64,000 nt of DNA from a virus. Taxonomy: Duplodnaviria > Caudoviricetes. This document shows positions 10,386 to 20,332 of the stretch, piece by piece (within the stretch, counting starts at the first letter, position 1; every line of letters begins with the position of its first letter). The stretch covers positions 36,989 to 100,988 of IMG/VR virus record IMGVR_UViG_3300047576_000104, one strand, 5' to 3'. The notes below the pieces were generated by a model that was given only the letters and a program-made list of their open reading frames with translations, made no database searches and was not told the origin of the DNA. The translations under genes and the position numbers were made by a program.

Positions 10386-11278
10386 GTGAGTCACTATGAT
10401 AGGGAAACTGGCCTGATTAAGATCTCATGGTCTTTAAGATACGAACCGCCGAGGAGTGCAAGCAGAAGGCGTTTTTGATAGCCGAGGGTAAAAAGGCAAA
10501 GGCTTCTGATGTTCGGATCTTCTTCCAGGGGAATGTCGTTGACCAGGCTATGCGCAGGCGGTTGTCCATGGATCACCCGCCTATGCACTGGATGGCGCAG
10601 TACATTGACCAGATCATGGATGAGACCGAGGCGAAGGTCAAAGAAGAAGATGGGGTGCTCCGGTGGAAGCACCGCGATGATCGTAAAGAGGTCAGGCAGT
10701 TCTGCTATGAGTGCGTGATGCGCCTTGAACCGATTTTGGGGCAGCTGATCCTCCCGTACGAGTACCAGCCCGCTCTCCGGTTCAGTACGAAGATGAACAT
10801 CCCTGGTCTGGATGACCAGCCGACGCCCATCCTGCTGGTGGGCGAGATGGACGTTCTGACCTGCTACAAGCCGCCGCTGCCGGACATCGAATTTGATCAG
10901 GATCCTATCGTTCGGGCACTGTGGCGTCCGGAGTACCGGGTGTGGGACCTGAAGGTCACCAAGGATGCCAGTTACTGGCGCAAGACAGCCGCGCAGCTAG
11001 TGTTCTACGATATCGTCTGCTCGTGCATGTTCGGCGTGCCGACCGTGGAGGTCGGGCTGATCCAGCCCATGGTGGAGGGGTATCCGTGGATCTCGTTCCG
11101 GCCGTCTGAGGAGGACCGGACGCAGATGTACACCCGGATTGTCAGCGTGGCGCAGGCCATCATGCGGGCTGACCACTCCCCAAAAGCTGATAGCACAGGC
11201 TGCAGCTACTGCGAAACCAGGAACGCCTGCGTCAAGTACGCGCCCGAGCCAGGTACCAAGACAATGCCACTATTTTAG
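10386..11278 (+). CDS. Cas4/RecB-like PD-(D/E)xK exonuclease; probable frameshift near 10432
   Basis: ISWS/KIRTAEECKQK N-motif across frames; GEMDVL...VWDLKVT...QLVFY; C-terminal CSYC...C. Confidence 0.8.
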
Positions 11279-11292
11279 GAAGAAGCTACGCT

Positions 11293-11727
11293 ATGGCTAG
11301 ACTACCGAGCACGATGTACCTCATGCAGCAGATCGGCGGGGAGGTAATTCTCTTCGAGGACTACACCGAGCGGGAGATCGTCCGGTTCGATCCGGGCGAC
11401 GGCAACGCGGCGGCGGATGCCCTGAATGTCATCCGCGACTCGGAACTTGGTGACGAGGACAAGTGCTTCGCCTGCTTCTGGGCAGGCTACTTTGCCGCGT
11501 ATGCGGGCGCGGACCCCGTACAGCGTCCAGGCTACGTCTATGAGACACTGGACAATCAGGTGGTTGTGATGTGCACGGGGAACGATGCTGTCGTCTTCGA
11601 TCCGCGTGACGCTAACGCATCCGCTATGGCGCAGAAGCCGATCCACGACTCCGGTCTGAGTCAGGACGAGAAGAACCGTGCGCACTTCTGGTGCGGATAC
11701 TTCTACGCGCACGCGAGTGGTGCTTGA
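11293..11727 (+). CDS. Hypothetical protein made of two ~65-aa repeats
   Basis: FDPxDxNA...IxDSxLxxxxK..AxFWxGYFxAxA occurs twice. Confidence 0.7.
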   Translation: MARLPSTMYLMQQIGGEVILFEDYTEREIVRFDPGDGNAAADALNVIRDSELGDEDKCFACFWAGYFAAYAGADPVQRPGYVYETLDNQVVVMCTGNDAVVFDPRDANASAMAQKPIHDSGLSQDEKNRAHFWCGYFYAHASGA

Positions 11728-11969
11728 TGGAAGACGTGACCGCTCACGTGGCCAGCCTGCGCGCTCGCGTGGATGCTGCGGTTCGTGCCAGGACCGGGGC
11801 TGAGTATGCCCGTCAGCAGGCCGAGCAGGCTGTGCAGACGGCCACTGCTGCGCTGAAGCAGGAGTTCGGTGTGGAGACGCCGGAGCAGGCGCAGGCTCTG
11901 CGAGCTGATCTCGATAGCAAGATCGCTGCTGAGATCCAGAAGATCGAGCAGGCGCTAGGAGGAACATGA
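11727..11969 (+). CDS. Small coiled-coil protein (possible third piece of split Rad50)
   Basis: 80 aa heptad-rich, LKQEFGVETPEQA; coupled to neighbours. Confidence 0.65.
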   Translation: MEDVTAHVASLRARVDAAVRARTGAEYARQQAEQAVQTATAALKQEFGVETPEQAQALRADLDSKIAAEIQKIEQALGGT

Positions 11970-13111
11970 CTGACGAGCAGATCCTCGGGTTTACTGCAAA
12001 GCGGTTTCATCTGCTTCAACTGGTCAAGCGCGCAGTCGTGGCCATCCCAGGCAAGAACATCTATCCGCTGCTGGCAAACTTCCAGGTCGTGGTAGGGGAC
12101 GGCAGGCTCCAGGTGACGGCTACGGATATGGAGCTGAGTGTCGTCAGTGAGTCTGAGCTGGTGGTATGCAGCGGCTCTGGCACTCTGCTGCTTCCGGCTA
12201 AGCGCTTCCTGGAGATCCTGACTTCGGCTGCCGAGGGAGATGTGAGCGTCAAGGTCTCTGCCGGTACTGCCTCCATCACGGCCGGCACTGCTTCATGGTC
12301 GCTGGTGCTTCAGTCTTCAGAGGACTACCCTCTTCGTCCGGCTGTGAAGGACATCGCTTTCACGGAGGTCAGCAGGGCGAAGTTCCTGGCTGCTCTCGTC
12401 CTGGCCAGGAGTGCTGCCAGCCGGGACGGCACCAACCCCCGCCTGATGGCGATCAGCATTTCGGGCGGGAAGGTGATCGCAGGCTCGCACGTGCGCCTTC
12501 ACCGGGTCATCCTGTCTGGCATAGTGCTTCCAGATATTCAGATCCCGATCGGCGCTGTTGATGATCTGGTGCGCCTGCTGAAGGACAGCAGCCTTGAAGA
12601 GATCGGCATAGGCGAGGCGGAACATGACCTGGCCTTCCGGATCGGGTCAGACGTGTTCATGTCCGGCAAGCTGGCCAGCGAGTATCCAGATATGGAGAAG
12701 CGGCTGCTGACTCCTCCGCTCCTGTCTAACAAGGACGAGCTTCGGGTAGACAAGAGCGACCTTGTGGCAGCTATCAAACGGGTCAGGATTACGGCTGACG
12801 CAGGTTCGGCAGCTATTGGCCTGCGGATAGTGCCCGGCGCGATCAGGGTTATCAGTCAGGATCAGAACCATAACACTGCCTGCGAAGAGATCCCTGCCCA
12901 GTGGAGTCATAGGCAGCGTCTGCTGGTAGTTAATCATGAGCACCTGGCAGACCTGCTAGGGCTTGCTGAAGGTCCGCAAGTGCTTTTCGTGCTAGGCGAG
13001 GACTCAGGCAAGCGCCGGAGTCCTCTGGTACTGAAAGATGATAAGGCCGGCACTGCCGGTGTTATAGGCCAGTTGGCCGTAGTTCTGATCGAGTTAGCGA
13101 GAGTAGAAGCT
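11966..13111 (+). CDS. dnaN: DNA polymerase III beta sliding clamp (in frame with the downstream cold-shock domain)
   Basis: LQVTATDMELSV, LLLPAKRFLEI, EDYP, EYPD..LL, three-domain ~375-aa length. Confidence 0.88.
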
Positions 13112-13486
13112 ATGTCAGCAGGTGTTGTAAAGACCTGGATGGAAGACCGTGGTTTCGGGTTCATCACCGAGGATGGCGGTTCGGATGTGTTCGTGCATGT
13201 TAAGCAGCTGCCTCAGGGCGTCAAGCAGCTTCAGCCGGATACCAGGGTGATGTTCGAGAAGAAGCAAACGAATCGCGGGGTGCAGGCGTTCGGCGTTATG
13301 CTCGATGCAGATAGCGGTCCTGATGATCCTCCTGACTTTCTCACTGAGAGGGAGTTCCTCAGGGATCTGAACGGACTTCTCCCTCCGCTCAGGGAGGTCC
13401 ACAAGCAGGCTCTCATGGACATCGCCAGAGATCACGGGTGGGTGGTTGATTTATGCCTGAGCTGCGTGACTTGGAAACTCGCGTGA
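13112..13486 (+). CDS. Cold-shock domain protein (actinobacterial long type)
   Basis: GVVKTWMEDRGFGFI...DVFVH (RNP1/RNP2); C-terminal ARDHGWV. Confidence 0.85.
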   Translation: MSAGVVKTWMEDRGFGFITEDGGSDVFVHVKQLPQGVKQLQPDTRVMFEKKQTNRGVQAFGVMLDADSGPDDPPDFLTEREFLRDLNGLLPPLREVHKQALMDIARDHGWVVDLCLSCVTWKLA

Positions 13487-14091
13487 GTGCTGCTAGACAT
13501 GCGTATGAGCGCAGGGTCGGTGCTGCCCAGCAGCTAGGAGAGGCCGGCCTGAGGATGCAGGCTGAGGTGACCAGGCTGCAAGATCTTCAGGAGAGGCACG
13601 CTAAGGTCTCTGCCCTGCTGACATCGTTGGGCGAGAAGGCTCAGCAGCAGGCGCAGGAGCGACTGGAGGAGCTGGTCACCCGTGGCCTTCAGGTCATCTT
13701 CGGCACAGAACTCTCATTCCATGTCATCCAGTCGGTGAAGGCCAATCAGGCAGTCACCGAGTTCATGATCCGGTCGGAGTACGACGGGATGACAGTGGAC
13801 ACTTCGGTCATGGATGCCCGAGGCGGAGGGATGGCCGCTGTCACAGGTTTCATGATCCGGCTGGTGGTACTGCTGCTTACTCCGCGAGCCCGGCGTGTTC
13901 TCTTCCTGGATGAGACGTTCAGGTTTGTGTCCAGCGAGTACGAGGGACGACTGGCGGAGTTCCTGGCTGAGGTGGCAGAGCGAGCTGGCGTACAGATCGT
14001 GCTAGTTACCCACTCGTCAGCGTATGACGATGTGGCCGATGCACGGTACCGATTGGAGCTGGGGAGCAATGGAATCGCTACCATCGTCTGA
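13453..14091 (+). CDS. sbcC: Rad50/SbcC C-terminal half (signature, Walker B, H-loop)
   Basis: Coiled coil, then DARGGGMAAV, LFLDETF, IVLVTHS. Confidence 0.85.
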   Translation: MPELRDLETRVSAARHAYERRVGAAQQLGEAGLRMQAEVTRLQDLQERHAKVSALLTSLGEKAQQQAQERLEELVTRGLQVIFGTELSFHVIQSVKANQAVTEFMIRSEYDGMTVDTSVMDARGGGMAAVTGFMIRLVVLLLTPRARRVLFLDETFRFVSSEYEGRLAEFLAEVAERAGVQIVLVTHSSAYDDVADARYRLELGSNGIATIV

Positions 14092-14140
14092 GCTGGAGCT
14101 GGTAGTTCTTGATCGAGCTGGGTGAGTAGCAGGTATAGTA

Positions 14141-14250
14141 CAGGTAAGGGCAGGCAGCCAGCAGCGTGTCCTTACCTGGTTCCTGCCGTGAAACCTAGGG
14201 TGGCGTGCCCCACCTCGTCATTACGGCTCTAGCAGAGTAGCGGCAGGAAC
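14141..14250 (+). ncRNA. Candidate structured RNA / 5' leader of radical SAM gene
   Basis: 12-bp hairpin 14141-14178, then 10-bp helix 14179-14188/14241-14250 closing three small hairpins. Confidence 0.4.
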
Positions 14251-14277
14251 TCGTATTACTGGTGGGAGGTGGGAATT

Positions 14278-17150
14278 ATGTCTGACTGGAGCCCGGAAGC
14301 TATCAGCAAGTTCATCAACACACATGCCTATAAGCTAGATGGCCCGGCCCAGTGGGCAGGAACAGAGCCTAACTCCCGGCATAAGGATTGGGATTCAGCA
14401 TCGTTCCGGATGCTCATGGCTGCGTCCTGGCCTTACGATCAGGCGGCTGGTAATCAGTCGATCCCTGCTGTGTGGAAGGCAATCAATGATCGACGAGCCG
14501 ATTACCTATGCGATCGGTACTACCTTCCAGCTACTCCCAGGGATATGCGCATATTCGAGCGGTCAGGTGTTCCTGTTTTTGGCATCGAGTCAAGGCACCC
14601 TCTCCGCGATTTCGATGTGGTGGGGACCAGCATCTCTTACGTTGTTTTGCTAGTTAATTTCACGAAATACCTGTCCATGTCAGGTGTGCCGCTGCGCTGG
14701 CGTGACCGTGTGCCGGAGGAGCACCCCATGATCATGATCGGCGGGCAGGCGTTCTGCAATCCGGAGGCCATGGCCCCGGTAGCCGACTGCATCTTCGTCG
14801 GTGAGGCTGAGGATGAGCCGGGTAATGGCGGCATTGGGCAGGTCTGCCGGATGATCGAGATGTTCAAGAAGGAAGGTATCTGGAATGAAGATCGTGTCGC
14901 TTGCTATCAACGGCTTGCCCGTACCTTCAACTACCTCTACTTCCCGCGTTTCGTGGATGTGCGATACTCCGTGGGGTCCGGCCTGGACGGAGCCCCTACC
15001 AAGGCCGTATCCGGATATTCCAGCCAGCTAGACGGGATGCGGATGCCGTTCCGCAAGCGGCACGTCATCGACCTGGACAAGATCAAGCCGCTGGACGATC
15101 CGCCGCTGCTGTACGTCGATCCGTCACTGGGCTCGGGTGATTTGGAAGCTCAGCGGGGTTGTCCGGCTTGGTGCAGCTTCTGCAGACTTTCTTTCGCGCA
15201 GAAGCCCCCCCGGCAACGCTCGGTGGGGTTCCTGACAGAGTTTGCGCAGCGGCTACAGCGCAATGTTGGTGGTGTGGAGATTAGCCCGTTCGGTCCAGAT
15301 TGGCCATTTGTTACCAACAAGAACCAGGTTCTTAAGTCGTTGCTAGAGAATGTCACTGACAAGACAGATACCGTGGCTCAGCGAGTTGACGACTTTATCA
15401 GTGATGAAACATATCTAGTCCTTCAGGCAGTTGGAGGTGCACGCTCTATTACCCTCGGGCTTGAGGGCGTTAGTCAGCGGATGCGTGACTTGGTTGGCAA
15501 GGCCACGTCTGACGCTGAGGTGCGCGAAGCTGTCACTCGTGGCATCCGCGCAGGGTTCAAGAAGTTCAAGCTGTTCATGATCGTCGGCCTGCCGGGGGAG
15601 GACACCGGGGACGTGGCCAGGATCATGCAGTTGGCCCGTGACCTGGCAGACATTCGTGATTCGCTGGCTACTGACAAGGTGCAGATCCAGTTCAGCTTCA
15701 CGCCGCTGCTATATGAGGCGCAGACTCCTTTCCAGTGGTTCCCTACGTGGCCGGTGCCGGACCATGACCTGATTGACGTGGCCAATGAGCTGAAAGAGCT
15801 GAAGATCTTGTTCAAGATTGGCACTAAGGCCGAGACGAATAAGGTTCACTTCTTCCAACTCTGCCAGAGGGCCAGCCGGGACGCGGGCGAGGCCATTATC
15901 GATGTTCTGGAAGAGATGGACATGGGCTGCTGGGGAGGCGTGCCCAAGGACATGCAGGCAAGGCTGGATGCTGCCCTGAAGAAGCGACGGCTTTGTTAAT
16001 GGGTTCGGTGATCTGTTCGGGGAGCGTGACCGTGGGGACATGCTCGGCTGGGAGTTCATCGATACGGGCATCAGCCGGGACCTGTTGTGGAACACGTTCG
16101 TCAAGATGCGCGAGTTTGCTGAGCGCACTGATAGCGCTACCTACGATACGAAGTTTGATGAGAGGTACCATGGGCAAGAGTGGATCGACCGATGTGACGA
16201 ACGCTGTATGGGCCAGTCATGCGGCGTATGCACGGGAGAAGATCTGCGACTGCGGAAGTCATATCTTGGAGCGGCAACTGCCGACCGGGCTGTATCGGTG
16301 CGGGATGTGCAAGCCGGTCGATCAGACCACCGTTGCCGTACGTGTCCGCGCTAGGCTGGCACGTCCTGCCGAGTTCCGCTACGCCGACAACGGATTCAGG
16401 CGACACCTGCTGCGGCGTGCCGGATACCGGGCTCAGGAACTGCTCGGCGGGCCGTGTGTGTCCAAGAATGCCATCTGGTTCGCTTCCGATGCCCATGGTT
16501 ACCGGGACTGGACCTTCGGCACTGATTACGTGGACTTCGGCCTGACGCGGCGCATCCGCAGGCTGAACAATGCCGAGCATGACTGGATGATGAAGCTCCG
16601 GACTGAGCTGGCACCGTGGCTGGAGCTGAAGGAGTGGCAGGTCTATCCGGCTACGGTGTCCATGCGGTCAGCGTCGGGGGCCAGCCTGCACGAGCTGGAG
16701 ATCAATGACGCTCCCGATACGGTTCGCGCCCGGCTTCGTGACTGGGAGATGTCCGAGCACGTGAAGCTCCTGATAAGGCAGGAGGGGTCCTACTTCGCGG
16801 CGGCCACCGAGGAGGTCAACGCGAAGGACTACGTGGATGACCTCTGGCTGGTGCGGGACGGCACCCGGCTGCTGCTGAAGATGCTCGCCAGGCACCGGGC
16901 AGGTCCGTACCAGGTGTACCAGGCGCTCATGAGCAAGCCGAGCTGGATCGAGGCGGCCCAGTTCCCGGCCCGCACCCTGGACGTGTTCTCGTGCCGTGAT
17001 GAGTTGGAAGGGAGAGTGTGCCCGCGCTGCGGCAACTCTCTCCCGGAATCACTGATAGGCATCCAGTGGGATGGTGTCTACTGCGCACGGTGCAAGGATG
17101 AGCGGGCCAGGATCGTCCTGGCCGGCCTGACGAGGGAGACAGTCGGATGA
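14278..17150 (+). CDS. TIGR03960-like radical SAM protein fused to a TIGR03936/DUF2344-like domain (~950 aa; frameshifts near 15986 and 16310)
   Basis: GTEPNS, FGIESRHPLRDFDVVG, IGGQAFCNPEAMAP, QRGCPAWCSFC (CxxxCxxC), WEFIDTG, CxxxCxxxxCGVC, then RHLLRRAGY; C-terminal Zn ribbon. Confidence 0.8.
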
Positions 17151-17458
17151 TCGCAGTAGTAGGACCGCAGGAGCTCCGGGCGGCAGCGGAGTTGATCCGT
17201 ACCAAGGGCCATTGCAAGCACGAGCTGCACGATGATGAAGGACGGTACTGTGCGGTAGGAGCCATTTTTGCTGTGACTGCTGGCCTTGATTCGCTGCCGC
17301 CGTTTCTGAATAGCATTTCCGGTGAGCTGTTTCCTGGACAGTTTGAGTACGGGCAGGAAAATCTCGTGTGCTTCAACAATCACCCGGACACCACGGCAGA
17401 GGATGTCATATCCGTGCTGGAGAAGGCAGCGGCTCGGCTGGAGGAGGCAGTCCTGTGA
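17147..17458 (+). CDS. DUF6197-like protein
   Basis: AAELIRTKGHCK...YCAVGAI...FNNHPDTTAEDVISVLEKAA. Confidence 0.6.
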   Translation: MIAVVGPQELRAAAELIRTKGHCKHELHDDEGRYCAVGAIFAVTAGLDSLPPFLNSISGELFPGQFEYGQENLVCFNNHPDTTAEDVISVLEKAAARLEEAVL

Positions 17459-18603
17459 CGGACCGGGAGACTCTCGGGAAGCTGCTGGCCAAGCGCGCTC
17501 GTGTCCGGGTGCAGAATCCGGTGATCGAGTCTGCTGTGTGGGAAGGCACCATCATCGCGCTGGCTGACACACCGGGCATCATCATAGAGTGCGATGACGG
17601 TCTCCGGATCGATCTCCCGCAGTCGTTCAAGGTTACCGAGGTGATTCGTGTGACAGAGTATGGCAGCTGGCTTGAGATGCGCCAGCGGCAGGCGGAACTA
17701 GCTATGGAGAGCAACGTGAGTTTCAGCGGCAGGCCACAGGCGTGGACAACATCATGTGGGACGCCGAGCCCTGGTGGCACGTTGTGCTCGTTCCCGCCGC
17801 ATAGTGCGCCGGGAGGTAGCGCATTGCATTCGTGGTCGGTTCCGGAGGTCTATGGCACGGACGCAGAGGTGCAGGCGGCGTTCGCGCAGCCAGCTCCGAA
17901 GCACAACGACGGCCCGTCCATGCATGATCTGGTGATCAAGGACATCCTGTCGCGTGACCTGCAGTGGGACTTGTCGGTTGGTTCAGCCAGGCACATCAGG
18001 GATCAGGTGGCTGAAGATCTGCTGGCCCGCAAGGCGTTCGGCCTGGACAAGTACAAGACGATCCTTCAGACCGGTAATGGCCGGAGCTTTCTCCTTGACC
18101 TGTACCAGGAGCTGATGGATGCTGTGTGCTACGCACGGGGCAGGCTCCTGGAAGTGCCAGAGGACGGCTTGGAGTGGCTGATCTTGTTCGAGATCTACGA
18201 TCACGTGGCGACAGACCTGGTGACGCTTCGGAGGCTGCTGAACGCGGCGGAGGCTAGCACCGAAAGCTTATCCGTGCGCTCGGTGTCGCTAGGTGGGAGG
18301 CAGGCCGTGGCAGACAGCGACTTCTCGAAGACGTGGCAGGAGATGCCTGGAGGCCAGGACATCGGTGACCAGTACATCATGGAGCCTGGCGCAGACACTG
18401 CGTTTGAGTGCTTCATGGAGACGGCGAGAGATGCCTTTGACCGGCTGCAGGCGCGTCGACACGAGGGCAGGTTCGCTCACCTCACTGGCCAGGTCGGCCG
18501 TGGGTTCGAGCGTCCGGTTGATGACGGAGAGCCGACCTGCTACCGGAGTGGCATAGGAGTCATGGTTCATGGTCCTGGCTGTCATTGCGAGAGCACTTCG
18601 TGA
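17455..18603 (+). CDS. Multidomain hypothetical protein with possible all-alpha NTP-pyrophosphatase-like segment
   Basis: RKAFGLDKYKTILQTGNGRSFLLDLYQELMDAVCY. Confidence 0.5.
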   Translation: MTDRETLGKLLAKRARVRVQNPVIESAVWEGTIIALADTPGIIIECDDGLRIDLPQSFKVTEVIRVTEYGSWLEMRQRQAELAMESNVSFSGRPQAWTTSCGTPSPGGTLCSFPPHSAPGGSALHSWSVPEVYGTDAEVQAAFAQPAPKHNDGPSMHDLVIKDILSRDLQWDLSVGSARHIRDQVAEDLLARKAFGLDKYKTILQTGNGRSFLLDLYQELMDAVCYARGRLLEVPEDGLEWLILFEIYDHVATDLVTLRRLLNAAEASTESLSVRSVSLGGRQAVADSDFSKTWQEMPGGQDIGDQYIMEPGADTAFECFMETARDAFDRLQARRHEGRFAHLTGQVGRGFERPVDDGEPTCYRSGIGVMVHGPGCHCESTS

Positions 18604-18833
18604 ACATTAGTGATTCTGCCAAGTGCCCTGCCTGTGAGGCGATGGTTGAGCCTGAGCAGGACGGGGACCTGATCTACTACCCGTGCGGCTGTGGTTTCGA
18701 GTTTAACTACACGCGCATACCGCAGCAGGATGAGGCCTGCCAGGCAGGCATACCGGAAGACATTCGCAGGGCGGCGCAGCCTGCGCCTGAGGCTACTAGC
18801 CTGCCCCTTCTACAGATAGGCAGGCGTCCGTAG
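18600..18833 (+). CDS. Zn-ribbon protein
   Basis: CPAC...CGCG; GTGA coupling. Confidence 0.5.
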   Translation: MNISDSAKCPACEAMVEPEQDGDLIYYPCGCGFEFNYTRIPQQDEACQAGIPEDIRRAAQPAPEATSLPLLQIGRRP

Positions 18834-19033
18834 TGAGTCTCAGACAATCTATAACTACTCCGCACGGGGTGCTGACTGTTGTTCAGCCCTACGCTTACGT
18901 CGCAGACGAATGGCCGGATGCTTCTCCGGATGTCATGGTGTCTGAGCCGCCGTACGCCCTGCTGAACGACAAGCCCATCACTGCAAAGCGTGCTCGTGAG
19001 ATCCTACGAGGGATGCAAAGGAGCGCCAAATGA
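18833..19033 (+). CDS. Hypothetical protein
   Basis: Coupled ORF. Confidence 0.45.
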   Translation: MSLRQSITTPHGVLTVVQPYAYVADEWPDASPDVMVSEPPYALLNDKPITAKRAREILRGMQRSAK

Positions 19034-20163
19034 ATCTTGCGCTCGAATTCCGTCCCCGCAAGTTTTCTGACATAGCAGGCCAGCCATGGGTCAGCCTGGT
19101 GCTGGACATGATGGTGCGCGAAAATGAGGTGCCAGAAGCTCTGATCTTCCACGGTGTCCGTGGCACAGGTAAGACATCAACCGCGCGAATCCTCGGATCG
19201 GCGCTCAACTGCGAGGAAGCAGGAGAGCGTCCTTGCCTGGAGTGCGGTTCGTGCAAGTCGGTGCGCAGCGGCAATTCGGTTGACGTGATCGAGGTGGACG
19301 CGGCTACCAATGGCCTGGCAGAGGATATTCGTCATTTGTGCGACATGGTGACTTATGACGTCGGAAGTCGCAATCGCGTGGTAGTGCTGGACGAGGCACA
19401 CGGTGTGACGAAGAAGGGTTTTGATGTCCTGCTCAAGACATTCGAGGAGCCTCCCCCTCGTGTGACGTTCGTGCTCGTCACCACTGAGCCAGCGCAGATT
19501 CCAGAGACGATCCACAGCAGGGCCACCAGCTTCGGATTCAGGCGAATTGGGTTGAGGCACATCATCGAGCGGCTCGTGATGATCCGTGATGCCAAGGGCC
19601 TGATAGTTGAAGATGACGTGCTCGCTGCTATCGCTGACCGCGCGGATGGCGGGATGCGCGATGCGATCATGCTGCTCGATCAGGCGTCCCGGGCAGGTGC
19701 AGGGACGCTGGAGCGCTTCTACGCGCAGACTGGAGAGGGTGACTTCGCTCCCGGTCTCTTGTCCATCATGGCGTCAGGCCGCCTGGGTGACTTGTACGAG
19801 CACCTGGAGCATCTTGTCTGCGAAGTAGGCGACTGCCGATTGATTGCAGCCAGGATTGTCCGTTGCTTGCGGGATATCCTGGTGCTGCACGCGGGAGGCA
19901 GTACTGTCATTGCTCAGGGTGAGGCGCTGGCAGCTCGGATGAGCCTCGCGTCCCGTCTTACGGATGTGCAGGTGGTCGGAGCGATGCGCGTTTTCTGGGA
20001 CCTGCAAAAAGTGCAGTCTGGTAATGATCCGCGCATGGTTCTTGATCTTGCCTGCGTGATGGCCAGTGAGGCGTTCGCTCCTCAGCGCCAGGCGGTATCA
20101 GTGCCTAGCAACGGTCATCGGAAGGCGACCATGAACGACATCACGGCGCTTATCGGATCCTGA
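19030..20163 (+). CDS. dnaX: DNA polymerase III gamma/tau-like clamp loader
   Basis: FRPRKFSDIAGQ, GVRGTGKTSTAR, PCLECGSC, IEVDAA, LDEAH, LLKTFEEPP, DGGMRDA. Confidence 0.92.
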   Translation: MNLALEFRPRKFSDIAGQPWVSLVLDMMVRENEVPEALIFHGVRGTGKTSTARILGSALNCEEAGERPCLECGSCKSVRSGNSVDVIEVDAATNGLAEDIRHLCDMVTYDVGSRNRVVVLDEAHGVTKKGFDVLLKTFEEPPPRVTFVLVTTEPAQIPETIHSRATSFGFRRIGLRHIIERLVMIRDAKGLIVEDDVLAAIADRADGGMRDAIMLLDQASRAGAGTLERFYAQTGEGDFAPGLLSIMASGRLGDLYEHLEHLVCEVGDCRLIAARIVRCLRDILVLHAGGSTVIAQGEALAARMSLASRLTDVQVVGAMRVFWDLQKVQSGNDPRMVLDLACVMASEAFAPQRQAVSVPSNGHRKATMNDITALIGS

Positions 20164-20179
20164 GAACCTCGGAGGCCAA

Positions 20180-20332
20180 GTGGATCCCCTCAGAATACTT
20201 TTGGTTAGGTGCAAGCAGCACGGCAACTGTCCTCTTAAGTTTGTTGTGTTTGCTACGTCAGTTGGTTCAGATCTTCGTAGGGAGAGCTGTTCTGGATGTG
20301 GCTGTGCCATGCTAGAGGTTGTTCGTGCCTAG
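20180..20332 (+). CDS. Small Cys-containing protein (50 aa)
   Basis: GGAGG RBS, then VDPLRILLVRCKQHGNC...CSGCGCAM... Confidence 0.4.
   Translation: MDPLRILLVRCKQHGNCPLKFVVFATSVGSDLRRESCSGCGCAMLEVVRA

Noticed and set aside
10386-11278. Cas4-like gene as part of a CRISPR system
   Set aside because: No repeat-spacer array or other cas genes seen; solo Cas4-like nucleases are common in phages.
14179-14250. tRNA gene
   Set aside because: Cloverleaf-sized, but no TTC T-loop, D-loop GG, 7-nt anticodon loop or CCA; kept only as a structured RNA candidate.
3365-20163. Bacterial chromosome origin because of recA/dnaN/dnaX
   Set aside because: The genes are divergent, lack chromosomal synteny and are co-oriented with a complete phage head module.
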